Below, piece by piece: positions 27,605-37,863 of a stretch of DNA of 64,000 nucleotides. Under the pieces are notes generated by a model that had not been told where the DNA came from, did not search any database, and was given only the letters and a program-made list of their open reading frames with translations. The position numbers and the translations under genes are program-made. How positions within the stretch are numbered: position 1 is the stretch's first letter; every line of letters begins with the position of its first letter. This stretch comes from Candidatus Tanganyikabacteria bacterium (GTDB lineage Bacteria > Cyanobacteriota > Sericytochromatia > S15B-MN24 > VGJW01): contig VGJW01000015.1 in NCBI GenBank assembly GCA_016867265.1, positions 1,056 through 65,055 on the forward strand, in the 5' to 3' direction.

Positions 27605-28491
27605 CGGTCCGGATCGTCGGGACGGCCCGGGAGTGGGCCACCCTTCGCCGCCCCGGTGCCCGAGTGGCGTTCGTGCCGACGATGGGCGCGCTGCATGAGG
27701 GCCATGGGGCACTGGTGCGCGCGGCGCGAGCCCATGGGGACATGGTCGTCGCCAGCATCTTCGTTAACCCGACGCAGTTCGGCCCGACGGAAGACCTCGC
27801 CCGCTATCCCCGCGATCTCGAAGGCGATCGAGCCAAGCTCGCAGCGTGGGGGTGCGACGTGCTGTTCCACCCGACGGCCGAGGCGATGTATCGCCAGGGG
27901 CTCGAGGCCTTTCGAATCCACCCGCCGGCGGGGCTCGGGGACTTCTGGTGCGGGCTCGCACGCCCCGGACACCTCGCGGGCGTCTGCACCGTCGTGGCGA
28001 AGCTGCTGGGCATGGTCCGTCCCGACGTGGCGCTCTTCGGCCAGAAGGACTTCCAGCAATGGCGCATCGTCGAGGCTCTGGTCGACGACCTCTGCCTCGG
28101 CACGCGCATCGTCCGCTGCCCGACCATCCGGGAACCGGATGGCGTCGCGATGTCCAGTCGCAATACCTACCTGTCCCCTACGGATCGCATCCGGGCCCGC
28201 GCCCTGTCCGGAGCCCTCGCCGCGGTGCTCGGCTGCTGGCGTTCGGGCGAACGGGACATCCTGGCCCTCGAGGCGGCCGGCAAGCAAGCCTGGATCCGAC
28301 TGCAGGGCAAGGACCCCGAACTGGGCGATCTGGCCTACCTCGAGGTCCGACACCAGGACCTGACGCGCCCCGCCCTCCTGACAGCGCCGGGCGTGGCGGC
28401 CATGGCGGCACAGATTGGCCCCGCGCGCCTGATTGACAACGTCCTCCTCGAGGATCATTCCCCCGACCTGCCGCTCCTGGAGCTTGCCTGA
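27601..28491 (+). CDS. panC: Pantoate--beta-alanine ligase
   Basis: VPTMGALHEGH, SIFVNPTQF, FGQKDFQQ, AMSSRN, RLIDN. Confidence 0.96.
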   Translation: MTVRIVGTAREWATLRRPGARVAFVPTMGALHEGHGALVRAARAHGDMVVASIFVNPTQFGPTEDLARYPRDLEGDRAKLAAWGCDVLFHPTAEAMYRQGLEAFRIHPPAGLGDFWCGLARPGHLAGVCTVVAKLLGMVRPDVALFGQKDFQQWRIVEALVDDLCLGTRIVRCPTIREPDGVAMSSRNTYLSPTDRIRARALSGALAAVLGCWRSGERDILALEAAGKQAWIRLQGKDPELGDLAYLEVRHQDLTRPALLTAPGVAAMAAQIGPARLIDNVLLEDHSPDLPLLELA

Positions 28492-29157
28492 ATGCCCCTC
28501 ATCGTGACCCTCGACGGCCCCGCTGGCGCCGGCAAGAGCACCCTCGCGCGCCATCTGGCGCAGCAGCTCGGCTGGACTTATCTGGACACGGGGGCCATGT
28601 ACCGGGCCGTGACATGGGCCGCAATGGATCGGGGTGTCGACATCGGGGACGCGACGGCGCTCGGTGCGCTCGCGCGGTCGTTGCGCCTCGCGCTCTTGCC
28701 CGGCCCGGACGGCGCGCGCGTCGAAGCCGACGGCAGGGACATCACCGAGGCCATCCGTTCGGCAGCCGTCACGGGCCGGGTCTCGGCCGTCGCCGCCGTG
28801 GCCGAGGTACGTGACGCCATGGTCGCGGAGCAGCGGCGCATCGGCGAGGCCGCCGACCTGGTGGCCGAGGGACGGGACATGGGCACGGTTGTCTTCCCGG
28901 ACGCTCCCCTCAAGGTCTACGTGACGGCTTCCCCGGGTGTCCGGGCGGAACGGCGTGCCGCCGAACTGGCCCGGGCGGGCCGGATGGTCGACGTTCGGGC
29001 ACTCGAGCAGGAACTGGTGGCGCGAGACGCGCTCGATTCAGGCCGCGAGGTCGCGCCGTTGCGCCCGGCCTCGGACGCGCGACATCTGCTGACCGACGGC
29101 GAAGACGTGCAGACGCTGCTCGGAAAGCTTCTGGGCTGGGTCGGTGAAATCCGCTGA
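28492..29157 (+). CDS. cmk: Cytidylate kinase
   Basis: DGPAGAGKST, LDTGAMYRA, EGRDMGTVVFPDA. Confidence 0.96.
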   Translation: MPLIVTLDGPAGAGKSTLARHLAQQLGWTYLDTGAMYRAVTWAAMDRGVDIGDATALGALARSLRLALLPGPDGARVEADGRDITEAIRSAAVTGRVSAVAAVAEVRDAMVAEQRRIGEAADLVAEGRDMGTVVFPDAPLKVYVTASPGVRAERRAAELARAGRMVDVRALEQELVARDALDSGREVAPLRPASDARHLLTDGEDVQTLLGKLLGWVGEIR

Positions 29158-29162
29158 TCCCC

Positions 29163-29191
29163 TTGAACAGAGCGCCTGTCGGCCTTATGAT
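29163..29191 (+). promoter_or_regulatory. Sigma70-like promoter of the fla/che operon
   Basis: TTGAAC-N17-TATGAT upstream of flgB. Confidence 0.65.
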
Positions 29192-29260
29192 GGCTCTCCG
29201 GGGGGTATGTACCTTCTGAGCGTGGCCTTGCCGGCGGCCGCGGGCCCCTGGAGGTAATGC

Positions 29261-29668
29261 GTGCTCGACGGACTCTTCGGCAAGAAGACCGCGATGTTCG
29301 AGGCCGCCCTGCATGGTCTGCAGGAGCGGGGCGAAGCCATTGCCGAAAACCTCGCGAACCTCGACACGCCCAGCTACAAGGCACGGCGCGTCGCCTTCGA
29401 GGAACAAATGCAGTTCGTGCGAACGCATCGTGCCGCCGACCTCGCGGCCACGACGCCCGCGCACTTTCGCCTCGGGCCCCGCAGCGCCTTCGAGGTCAGG
29501 CCCGTCGAATCCCGAGATCGCTCCTCGACCCTGCGCAACGACGGCAACAACGTCGACGTCGACGTCGAGATGACGGCCCTCGCCAAGAACCAGTTGTCCT
29601 ACAGCTACGTGGCCGAACTGACCAAGCGGCAGTTCGAGGGCCTCAAGTCCGTGATCCGGGGGAGCTGA
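29261..29668 (+). CDS. flgB: Flagellar basal-body rod protein FlgB
   Basis: NLANLDTPSYK, RNDGNNVDVDVEM. Confidence 0.95.
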   Translation: MLDGLFGKKTAMFEAALHGLQERGEAIAENLANLDTPSYKARRVAFEEQMQFVRTHRAADLAATTPAHFRLGPRSAFEVRPVESRDRSSTLRNDGNNVDVDVEMTALAKNQLSYSYVAELTKRQFEGLKSVIRGS

Positions 29669-29670
29669 CC

Positions 29671-30060
29671 ATGGGAGCCTTCGACGGTCTCGACATCGCC
29701 GCCAGCGGCTTGACGGCACAGCGCTTCCGACTGGACGTCATCTCGGCCAACCTGGCCAACGTCAACACGACCCGTACGGACGCGGGCGAACCGTTTCGGC
29801 GCCAGATCGTCCATTTCAAGGCACGCCAGGGCAAACTGCCCGGTGTCGATGTCTTCGAGATCGCCCAGGACAAGACGCCCTTTCCGCGCATCTATGATCC
29901 TGGCAACCCTGACGCCGACGAGGCGGGCTACGTGCGGATGCCCAACGTCAACTCCATCACGGAAATGACGGACCTGATCTCGGCAAGCCGCAGCTACGAG
30001 GCCAACATCACGGCCGCAGGCGCCCTCAAGGAGATGGCGCGCAAGGCACTGGAGATCTGA
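29671..30060 (+). CDS. flgC: Flagellar basal-body rod protein FlgC
   Basis: ASGLTAQRFRLDVISANLAN, GYVRMPNVN, ASRSYEAN. Confidence 0.96.
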   Translation: MGAFDGLDIAASGLTAQRFRLDVISANLANVNTTRTDAGEPFRRQIVHFKARQGKLPGVDVFEIAQDKTPFPRIYDPGNPDADEAGYVRMPNVNSITEMTDLISASRSYEANITAAGALKEMARKALEI

Positions 30061-30065
30061 GCCCC

Positions 30066-30476
30066 TTGGAACTCGGTCCTGTCGGCCCGCTGCCGGCATC
30101 CATCCATCGCCCCCGGACGGCCGTGCCCGCCGCGGGGTTCTCGGACTTCATCGACGGCCTGGCGCCGGTCGAAGGAAGCTCCGACGGGATTGCACCACCC
30201 GACCGCAGCGGCATCCGCCTCGGCCCGACGGCCGCAGCCTCGGCACGGGATGCCCGGGGGGCCCTGCTCAAGCCGCTCGAGGACTTCCTCGGCCAGGTCA
30301 ACACCTCGCTCAACGAGGCGGGTGAGATGCAGGAGCGTCTGGTTTCCGGCGAAGACGTGGACTTCCATGACGTGATGGTGGCTTCCGAGAAGAGCTCCGT
30401 TGCCTTGCAGCTGACGATGCAGCTGCGCAACCGCATCCTCGAGGCCTACCAGGAAGTTGCCCGGATGCAGGTATGA
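30066..30476 (+). CDS. fliE: Flagellar hook-basal body protein FliE
   Basis: HDVMVA..LQLTMQLRNRILEAYQEVARMQV; start uncertain. Confidence 0.93.
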   Translation: MELGPVGPLPASIHRPRTAVPAAGFSDFIDGLAPVEGSSDGIAPPDRSGIRLGPTAAASARDARGALLKPLEDFLGQVNTSLNEAGEMQERLVSGEDVDFHDVMVASEKSSVALQLTMQLRNRILEAYQEVARMQV

Positions 30477-30513
30477 GCTGCCCAAGGCCACGGGCGACCG
30501 GGGTTGAACCCGC

Positions 30514-32094
30514 TTGAACGCCTTCATCAAGCGGGCCTGGATCGACCTCGTCCGGATCTGGGAGGGCCTCGGCCAGAGCCAACGCGTCATGCTTGGCGGT
30601 GTCCTCGCGGCATCCGTGGTCGGCCTCGTGGCCTTGGTCATCTGGTCCCAGGCCCCTGACTTCCAACCGCTGTACGCCAACCTCGAGGACGCCGACGCTG
30701 GCGCCGTCATCTCCGAGCTGCAAACGGCGCAGATTCCCTACCAGGTCAGTCCGGACGGCCGCCGCATCAGCGTACCGGCCGGACGCGTCGCCGAGGTCCG
30801 CCTGCAGATGGCGCAGAAGGGCCTGCCGACGGGCGGTGGCCAGCTGGGCTTCGAGGAACTCTTCGACAAGGGCGGCACCCTGGGCCAGACCGATGCCATG
30901 ATGCGGCTCAACGCCAAGCGGGGGCTGCAAGGCGAGTTGGCGCGCACCATCAAGCAGATGAGCGTGGTCGAGACGGCCCGGGTCACGCTGGCCCTGCCGG
31001 AGCCCTCGCTGTACGCGGACAATGATGCGGTCAACGAGCCAAGCGCGACCGTCCTCCTCAAGCTCAAGACCGGCAAGGCGCTCACGCCGGAACAGGCCCG
31101 CACCATCGTTCACCTCGTCGCCGGATCGGTGGAACGCATGAAGGCCCAGAACGTCCTCGTCGCCGATACGGCCGGGCACAACTACACCGAGGACCTCAAC
31201 CTCGGCGACGACAACGCCCTGATGAGCGCCGGCCAACTCGAGACCAAGCGCAACTACGAGGCTGTCATCCGAAAGAATCTCCAGGCCATGCTCGACCGGG
31301 TACTTGGCCTTGGCAACTCGGTCGTCCAGGTCCAGGCCGACTTCGACTTCAACCGTATCGAAGTGGACCAGGAGATCTTCCAACCCATCTTGCAGGCCCC
31401 GGACGGCACGCGGTCGGGCCTTTTGCGCAGCCAGCGGGAATCGGTCGAGGAGTACCAAGGCCGTGCACCGTCGGTGGCCGGCGCACCGGGCACGACCACC
31501 AACATCCCCAGCTACCAGGCCTCGGACTCGATGGGTGACAACGGCAACTACCGTCGCAGCGATGTCACCCGGAACTTCGAGATGAACAAGGAGATCAAGC
31601 GCCAGACCAAGCCTCCGGCTGAACTGCGCCGCCTGTCCGTATCGGTGGCGGTGAACGGCGAGATCCCCGAAGAGCAGCAGCAGAGCATGAAGGACATGAT
31701 CGCCGCAGCCTCAGGCATCGACCTGAACCGGGGCGACACGCTGGTCGTGGCGGCCATTCCCTTCAACGACAAGGCGGCCAAGGACGCCGAAGCCGAAATC
31801 CTGGCCGAAGGAGAGCGGGCCCAGCTCATCAACCTCGCCAAGATCCTCGGGGCCGTGCTCGTGGCGCTCGTCGCACTGTTCCTGCTGCGTCGCGGCTTGC
31901 GTGCCCGCGAGGATGAATTGCTGGCCACGTTGCAGACCCCTGCCGAGAAGGCGGGCATCAACGTGGCGGAGATTGTTCTGGGCGAGGAGGATCGACGCAC
32001 GCACTTGCAGCGGGAAATCTCGAAGGTCGTCAAGGCCCAGCCGCAGGAGGTCGCGAGGCTGGTACGAACTTGGATGCTCGAGGACGATCGCTAG
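30514..32094 (+). CDS. fliF: Flagellar M-ring protein FliF
   Basis: Two TM segments, GFEELFD, LQGELARTI, ATVLLKL, RRLSVSV. Confidence 0.95.
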   Translation: MNAFIKRAWIDLVRIWEGLGQSQRVMLGGVLAASVVGLVALVIWSQAPDFQPLYANLEDADAGAVISELQTAQIPYQVSPDGRRISVPAGRVAEVRLQMAQKGLPTGGGQLGFEELFDKGGTLGQTDAMMRLNAKRGLQGELARTIKQMSVVETARVTLALPEPSLYADNDAVNEPSATVLLKLKTGKALTPEQARTIVHLVAGSVERMKAQNVLVADTAGHNYTEDLNLGDDNALMSAGQLETKRNYEAVIRKNLQAMLDRVLGLGNSVVQVQADFDFNRIEVDQEIFQPILQAPDGTRSGLLRSQRESVEEYQGRAPSVAGAPGTTTNIPSYQASDSMGDNGNYRRSDVTRNFEMNKEIKRQTKPPAELRRLSVSVAVNGEIPEEQQQSMKDMIAAASGIDLNRGDTLVVAAIPFNDKAAKDAEAEILAEGERAQLINLAKILGAVLVALVALFLLRRGLRAREDELLATLQTPAEKAGINVAEIVLGEEDRRTHLQREISKVVKAQPQEVARLVRTWMLEDDR

Positions 32095-32097
32095 TCC

Positions 32098-33111
32098 ATG
32101 CGCAACAAGATCGAACTGAACGGCCGCAAGAAGGCCGCCGCCCTCATGGTCGCGCTGGGGCCCGATGTCTCGGCCGATATCCTGCGCAATCTCGGCAGCC
32201 CCGAGGAAATCGAGCAGTTGACGCTCGAGATCGCCAACCTCGGCAAGATTCCGGCGGATACGACGGAAGAGCTGCTCGAGGAGTTCTATCACGTTCTGCA
32301 AGCCAACAAGTACATCACCCAGGGTGGTCTGCCCTACGCCAAGAACCTGCTCAACAAGGCGCTGGGTCAGGAAAAGGCCGACGAGATGCTCAGCAAGCTG
32401 GCTTCCTCGCTGACGAGCATGCCCTTCGAGTTCATCCGGCAGGCCGACGCGACGCAAATCCTGAACTTCATTCAGGCCGAGCATCCCCAGACCATCGCCT
32501 TGATTCTCAGTTACCTTAGGCCGGGCCAGGCAGCCTTGGTGCTATCCGGTCTGCCAGCGGAGATCCAGACCGAGGTCGCGACGCGCATCGCCGAGATGGA
32601 CCGGACGACTCCGGCCGTCCTCAAGGAGGTCGAACGCGTCCTCGAGCGAAAGTTCGCCTCCGTGGCCTCTCAGGACTTCAGCGCCGCCGGCGGCGTCAAG
32701 GCCGTCGTCGAGGTCCTCAACCGGGTCGACAGGGGTACAGAGAGGACCATCATCGAATCGCTCGAGGAGATGAACCCCGACCTGGCCGAGGAAATCAAGA
32801 AGCTGATGTTCGTCTTCGAGGACATCATCCTGCTCGACGACCGCTCGATCCAGCGCATCCTGCGGGATGTCGACGGCAAGGAGCTGGCCATGGCGCTCAA
32901 GGGCGCCAATGAAGAGGTCCGAGGCCGCATCTTCAAGAACATGTCCGAACGCATGGGCAAGATGATTCGGGACGAGCTCGAGTACATGGGCCCTGTTCGC
33001 GTCCGTGACGTCGAGGAGGTCCAGCAGAAGGTCGTCGCCCACATCCGGGCCCTCGAGGAGCGGGGCGAGATCGTCATCAGCCGCGGCGGCGGCGACGAGC
33101 TGCTGAGCTAG
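32098..33111 (+). CDS. fliG: Flagellar motor switch protein FliG
   Basis: KAAALMVALG, EHPQTIALILS, MFVFEDI, GPVRVRDVE. Confidence 0.97.
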   Translation: MRNKIELNGRKKAAALMVALGPDVSADILRNLGSPEEIEQLTLEIANLGKIPADTTEELLEEFYHVLQANKYITQGGLPYAKNLLNKALGQEKADEMLSKLASSLTSMPFEFIRQADATQILNFIQAEHPQTIALILSYLRPGQAALVLSGLPAEIQTEVATRIAEMDRTTPAVLKEVERVLERKFASVASQDFSAAGGVKAVVEVLNRVDRGTERTIIESLEEMNPDLAEEIKKLMFVFEDIILLDDRSIQRILRDVDGKELAMALKGANEEVRGRIFKNMSERMGKMIRDELEYMGPVRVRDVEEVQQKVVAHIRALEERGEIVISRGGGDELLS

Positions 33112-33115
33112 GCCG

Positions 33116-33928
33116 ATGGAAGGCTCGCCGTTCCGCTCGCCCAACGTCTTCCGGGACGTCTCCATGACGGAGCGCAGCCAGAATATCCCAGGGCCCAAGG
33201 TCATCTTCACGGCCGAGGACGGCGAGAAGCTCAAGGCAAGAATCACCGGGGAGGCCGAAGCCACCCGGCAACGCATGCTCGCCGAGGCCACCATCGAGGC
33301 CGCGCAGATCCGGGCCGAAGCCCACCGCGCCGGCCTCGAGCAAGCCCACGAAGAGGCCTTGGCCCAGGTACGCGGAGAATGGCAGGCGCAGTGGCAAGCC
33401 GCTTTGGATCAGGTCCAGGAAGCCGCTCGCCAAATCCTTGGGGCGCGAGTGCAGTTGGTCGAGGGCCTCGAGTCCGAGTTGTCCGCCCTCGCACTGGCCC
33501 TCGCAGCCAGAGTCATCGGCCGCGAGGCAGCCCAACCCGAAACCACTCGCCACTTGGCCGTGCAGGCGCTGGACCGATTGACGCGCGGTCACGCCGTCGA
33601 TATCCGCGTCGCGCCCCTGCTGGTCAACGCCTTGGGCGGTGAGGTGACCCATCCTCGCTGGGGCAGTATCCGGCTGCTCCCTGATCCCGAACTGCAGGCA
33701 GGTGACGTCCGGGTGACCTTCGACTGGTGCGTCGCCGACGCACGTCTCGATGCGATGCTGCAAGAGTTGGCGGCGGGGATGGACCAGACGGCCCCGGCGA
33801 TCCCGGAGCATCCGCTGGCCGTGCCTCCGCCACAGCCTACACCCCCTGCGGCGCCGGCAGAAGCCCAAGTCGAGGAGACGGCGACGCGCCGCGTCCCGGC
33901 GCGCCGCACCGGAGGCTGGTTGTCGTGA
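33116..33928 (+). CDS. fliH: Flagellar assembly protein FliH
   Basis: Position between fliG and fliI; helical AxxxG region; DPELQAGD. Confidence 0.8.
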   Translation: MEGSPFRSPNVFRDVSMTERSQNIPGPKVIFTAEDGEKLKARITGEAEATRQRMLAEATIEAAQIRAEAHRAGLEQAHEEALAQVRGEWQAQWQAALDQVQEAARQILGARVQLVEGLESELSALALALAARVIGREAAQPETTRHLAVQALDRLTRGHAVDIRVAPLLVNALGGEVTHPRWGSIRLLPDPELQAGDVRVTFDWCVADARLDAMLQELAAGMDQTAPAIPEHPLAVPPPQPTPPAAPAEAQVEETATRRVPARRTGGWLS

Positions 33929-35247
33929 CCGAACCGCTGGCCACCCTGCTCGAAGGCTGGCGGCAGCAGGTCCTTGACACCGATCCCGTCCGCTTCGAGG
34001 GCACGGTCGTCCAGGTGGTGGGTCTGGTCCTGGAAAGTCAGGGACCACCGGCGCGGCTGGGTGAAGTCTGCTTGGTGGATGCCGGGCAGGGCCCCGCCAT
34101 TCCTACGGAGGTCGTGGGCTTTCGCGAGGGGCGCCTGCTCTTGATGCCCCTGGGACCGATGGAAGGTGTGGCGCCCGGTGCGCGTGTGCGCGGCACGGGA
34201 CGCGGCCTCAGGGTCCCGGTGGGCCCGGGCCTGCTCGGACGCATTGTCGATGGCCTGGGGCAGCCGATCGACGGCAAGGGCCCTCTGGCAGCGACCCAGT
34301 GGGCGCCCGTCGACCGCACGCCTCCCAATCCGCTCGAGCGGCAACGCATTCTGGAGCCCATGCCGACGGGGGTCCGTGCGCTGGACGCCATGCTGACCGT
34401 CGGCTATGGCCAACGCCTGGGAATCTTCGCCGGCTCAGGCGTCGGCAAGAGTACCCTCCTCGGCATGCTGGCGCGCCAGGCCGAGGCCGATGTCAATGTC
34501 ATCGCGCTCATCGGCGAGCGTGGCCGGGAGGTTCGCGAGTTCCTCGAGGAAGACCTCGGCGAAGCCGGTCTCGCCCGCAGTGTCGTTGTCGTCGCGACGA
34601 GCGACGCGCCGGCCCTCGTGCGTCTCAAGGGTGCGTTTGTCGCCACGGCCATGGCCGAGGCCTTCCGCGACGTGGGCGCCCGGGTGCTGTTGATGATGGA
34701 CTCGGTCACACGCTTTGCCATGGCCCAGCGCGAGGTGGGCCTCGCCACAGGCGAACCTCCCGCGACCAAGGGCTACACGCCAAGCGTCTTCGCGTTGCTG
34801 CCTCGCCTGCTGGAACGGGCCGGCATGGGGGCGGTCGGCGGCATCACCGGCCTCTATACGGTCCTCGTCGACGCCGACGACTTCAATGAACCCATCTCCG
34901 ATGCGGTCCGAGGGATCCTGGACGGTCACGTCATCCTCTCCCGTGCCCTCGCCGTCCAGAACCACTATCCGGCCATCGACATCCTCCAAAGCGTCTCGCG
35001 GGTGCAACCGCTGATCCAGCCTGCCGAACCGCTGGCGCACGCCGCGACACTCCGCGAGCGCATGGCCACGTGGCAGGAGAACAAGGACATCATCACGCTG
35101 GGCGCCTATGTGCCCGGCAGCGATGCCGCCATCGACCGGGCCGTCAGGCTGCGTCCCGACATCGACGCCTTCCTGCGCCAGGATCGCCACGAAGCCACGG
35201 CCTTCGCGGACACCATGGCCCTGCTTGGCGATCTGGCCACGCGCTGA
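33925..35247 (+). CDS. fliI: Flagellar export ATPase FliI
   Basis: GIFAGSGVGKSTL, MDSVTRFAMAQRE, GEPPATKGY. Confidence 0.97.
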   Translation: MTEPLATLLEGWRQQVLDTDPVRFEGTVVQVVGLVLESQGPPARLGEVCLVDAGQGPAIPTEVVGFREGRLLLMPLGPMEGVAPGARVRGTGRGLRVPVGPGLLGRIVDGLGQPIDGKGPLAATQWAPVDRTPPNPLERQRILEPMPTGVRALDAMLTVGYGQRLGIFAGSGVGKSTLLGMLARQAEADVNVIALIGERGREVREFLEEDLGEAGLARSVVVVATSDAPALVRLKGAFVATAMAEAFRDVGARVLLMMDSVTRFAMAQREVGLATGEPPATKGYTPSVFALLPRLLERAGMGAVGGITGLYTVLVDADDFNEPISDAVRGILDGHVILSRALAVQNHYPAIDILQSVSRVQPLIQPAEPLAHAATLRERMATWQENKDIITLGAYVPGSDAAIDRAVRLRPDIDAFLRQDRHEATAFADTMALLGDLATR

Positions 35248-35714
35248 TGGCCAAGGCTTTCCGCTTTCGGTTTGAGGGCTTGCTGAGGATCCGCAGCCGT
35301 GCCGAGGAAGCGGCCGAGCGGAACTATCTGGCGGCCTCGGCACGGGAGAGAGAGGCGGACAAGGCAGTCGAGGCGGCCCGGCAGGACCGTCGCCAGGCCG
35401 CTTCGGAAGCCCTGGCCCGCAGACAGGCAGGTACGCTCGACCTGCGTGCCGTTCAGGACGAGGGAGCATGGGAGCGGTCCCTTGACCTCCGGATCCTCGA
35501 TGCGGAGAAGGTACTTTCGGACGCCTGCCGGGGAACGGCCCAGGCCCGGGAAACCTGGCTGGCGGCGCGCCGTGCGCGCGAAATCGTGTCTCGCCTGAAG
35601 GACAAGCAGCACCTTGGCTGGTTGCAGGACCTCGAACATGCCGAGCGCGTCCTGCTGGACGAACTGGCCACCCAGGCCCATGCTCGGCGGGAAGGGCGAC
35701 CGGAGAGCCTTTAG
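35247..35714 (+). CDS. fliJ: Flagellar export protein FliJ
   Basis: FRFRFEGLLRIR N-terminus, coiled coil, LLDELA. Confidence 0.88.
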   Translation: MAKAFRFRFEGLLRIRSRAEEAAERNYLAASAREREADKAVEAARQDRRQAASEALARRQAGTLDLRAVQDEGAWERSLDLRILDAEKVLSDACRGTAQARETWLAARRAREIVSRLKDKQHLGWLQDLEHAERVLLDELATQAHARREGRPESL

Positions 35715-35766
35715 ATCGGCGTAATCCTGACGATGGAAGGCTATATCGCCATCCACGAGGACTTCC

Positions 35767-37311
35767 ATGACGCCGGTCGATCTGCGTGCGCACGCCGTTG
35801 TCGCGCCTTGGCAGCCTGCGCTGCCCGAAACTGCTGCCCCCGTTCCCGCACGCTCGAGCAAGGCCTTCCGCGAGGAAATCCGCAAGACTGCCCTGCAGGC
35901 CCCGGCCCGGCGCGGGTCCGAACGTCCCGGAACCCTGCGCGCGCGCCCCGATGACCTGCGTGTTCCGGCGGAGCGGCCCAAAAGCGCCGGCCCGGCGATC
36001 CGTGGCATGGCGACCACCAGAGACTCGGGACGGGCCGCCTCGCGGTCCGGTCCGGTCGTCGACAAGCGCCCGGGGCGCAACGAGTCCTGGGCGGCGTCGG
36101 CAACGAATGTTCGCGGGCCCGCACCTGCTCCTGACTCCGAAGCACGGTCCCTGCACCCTGCCGAGCCTGCGACCGAGGACTCGGCCCTCACGATGCCGGG
36201 AGATTCCGGTCACGCCCCACAGGAAACGACGGGCGATGCCGAGACGACCCTCGAGGTAACGGGGCGCGAGCCCCTCGATCCCCAGTTGCTGGCCCTGCTG
36301 GCTGCCACCATCGAAGTACGCACGAACGGCCCCGTTCCGGAGGTCGCCGCGGATAGAAGCCCGGATCCTGTCGCATCGCCAGGCCTGATCCAAGCCAGTG
36401 CCCAAGGAACCCTCCTGACGCCCGCTCCGGTCGGGGGCGTCGCGGCGCCGCAGCAACAGTCCGTTCCCCGGGCAACCACCGACACCAGCCCTGCCGGACG
36501 TGCGACAGGCCTTCCGACGCCGGGCGAGGCGGCCCGGTCCACCGCAGCCGCGTCTCCCGACTCGATTGCGGGAGCGGCCGGGCGGGCTGCACACGGCCCT
36601 GCGCAGGCCCCGGAGCCGGAGAGGGTGGCCAAGACCGAAGTCCGCCGAGAGGCGGACGCTCTACGCGTGACCTCGATGCCCGAGATGGGCCTCGCGGACC
36701 TCAGGCTCAGGCCCGCGACTGGCGGCCAAGGCGATCCGCATCAGGAAGGTGGCGCCGAGGACGCCATGCCGGATGCGCAGGCCGATCCCTTGCCGATGGC
36801 CGAGCGGCGCGAAGGTAGCTTCGAGGGTGTTGTCGGGTCGGGCGCCGTGGGGACCCGCGAGGGCGTCTCGAATCGGACGGCGCGCGAGGCCCCTGCCTTG
36901 ACCAGGACCTTGGCAGCCGAGGTTCAGGAGGCCGTCCGTACGGGCCCCCGCTCGATCCGCATGACGCTGAAACCCGAAGCACTGGGTGAAGTGCAGCTGC
37001 GCGTCGCCCTCGTGGGCGGCGGCGTTCGCGCGACACTTCACGTCGACCGTGAAGACGCCCGGGACCTCTTGGGGCGGCAACTCGACCAGGTCCGGCAGAC
37101 ACTCGTCGATCAAGGGATTCGGGTGGATCGTCTCGAGGTCGTCTGGCGTGGAGCAGAGACGGCCGAGGAACAAGGCCGGCAGGACTTCGGGCAGGGTCGT
37201 CACGAGCGCGAGCAACAGGAGCGCGACCAGCCGGCACGCCGTGAAACGGAAGCGTGGCAGCAAGCCCTCAATGAGGCGGGGCAACCTGCCGATATGTCCG
37301 ATATCGCGTAG
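35767..37311 (+). CDS. fliK: Flagellar hook-length control protein FliK
   Basis: Disordered N-terminus; C-terminal MTLKPEALGEVQLRV; precedes flgD. Confidence 0.88.
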   Translation: MTPVDLRAHAVVAPWQPALPETAAPVPARSSKAFREEIRKTALQAPARRGSERPGTLRARPDDLRVPAERPKSAGPAIRGMATTRDSGRAASRSGPVVDKRPGRNESWAASATNVRGPAPAPDSEARSLHPAEPATEDSALTMPGDSGHAPQETTGDAETTLEVTGREPLDPQLLALLAATIEVRTNGPVPEVAADRSPDPVASPGLIQASAQGTLLTPAPVGGVAAPQQQSVPRATTDTSPAGRATGLPTPGEAARSTAAASPDSIAGAAGRAAHGPAQAPEPERVAKTEVRREADALRVTSMPEMGLADLRLRPATGGQGDPHQEGGAEDAMPDAQADPLPMAERREGSFEGVVGSGAVGTREGVSNRTAREAPALTRTLAAEVQEAVRTGPRSIRMTLKPEALGEVQLRVALVGGGVRATLHVDREDARDLLGRQLDQVRQTLVDQGIRVDRLEVVWRGAETAEEQGRQDFGQGRHEREQQERDQPARRETEAWQQALNEAGQPADMSDIA

Positions 37312-37326
37312 GAGGTCCGGAAACCG

Positions 37327-37863
37327 ATGCCAAGTGCCATCGCCAATGTGGCGCCCCAGGGCGGGCCCGCATCCTCCATCCCGAACCCCAAGCAGTTGGG
37401 CCAGGAAGAGTTTCTCAAGCTGCTCATCACGCAGCTCAAGTCGCAGGACCCGATGAAGCCCGTCGAGGACACGGCCTTCATCGCCCAGATGGCCCAGTTC
37501 AGCAGCCTGAACCAGATGCAGGCGCTCAACAAGAGCTTCGAGACCTTCAACCGCAACCAGGCGGATGCCCAGCAACTTCAGACCATGGCCTCCTCGGCCG
37601 CGCTCATCGGCAAGGTCGTCTATGCCGGACCGGACATGCCGAACCGTTCGATGGGCACCATCCAGGAAATTCGCCGCGTGGACGGAGACCTCAAGGTCGT
37701 GCTGCGTGGCGTGGACCGAGATGGCAACACCTTTACCGACAGGGCCTTCCCCCTCGGGCAGGTCCAGCAGATCGGCATGGCACCCGAGGAGGTCGAGCGC
37801 TTCCAGAAGGAAGTCGAGACCCGGATGGCCATCGCCGCAGCGACCTCGGGGACCAGCCTGTGA
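37327..37863 (+). CDS. flgD: Flagellar hook capping protein FlgD
   Basis: FLKLLITQLKSQDPMKP..FIAQMAQFS. Confidence 0.95.
   Translation: MPSAIANVAPQGGPASSIPNPKQLGQEEFLKLLITQLKSQDPMKPVEDTAFIAQMAQFSSLNQMQALNKSFETFNRNQADAQQLQTMASSAALIGKVVYAGPDMPNRSMGTIQEIRRVDGDLKVVLRGVDRDGNTFTDRAFPLGQVQQIGMAPEEVERFQKEVETRMAIAAATSGTSL

Noticed and set aside
35710..35736. Possible sigma28 promoter before fliK (TTTA-N15-GACGATGG)
   Set aside because: Match too weak to support
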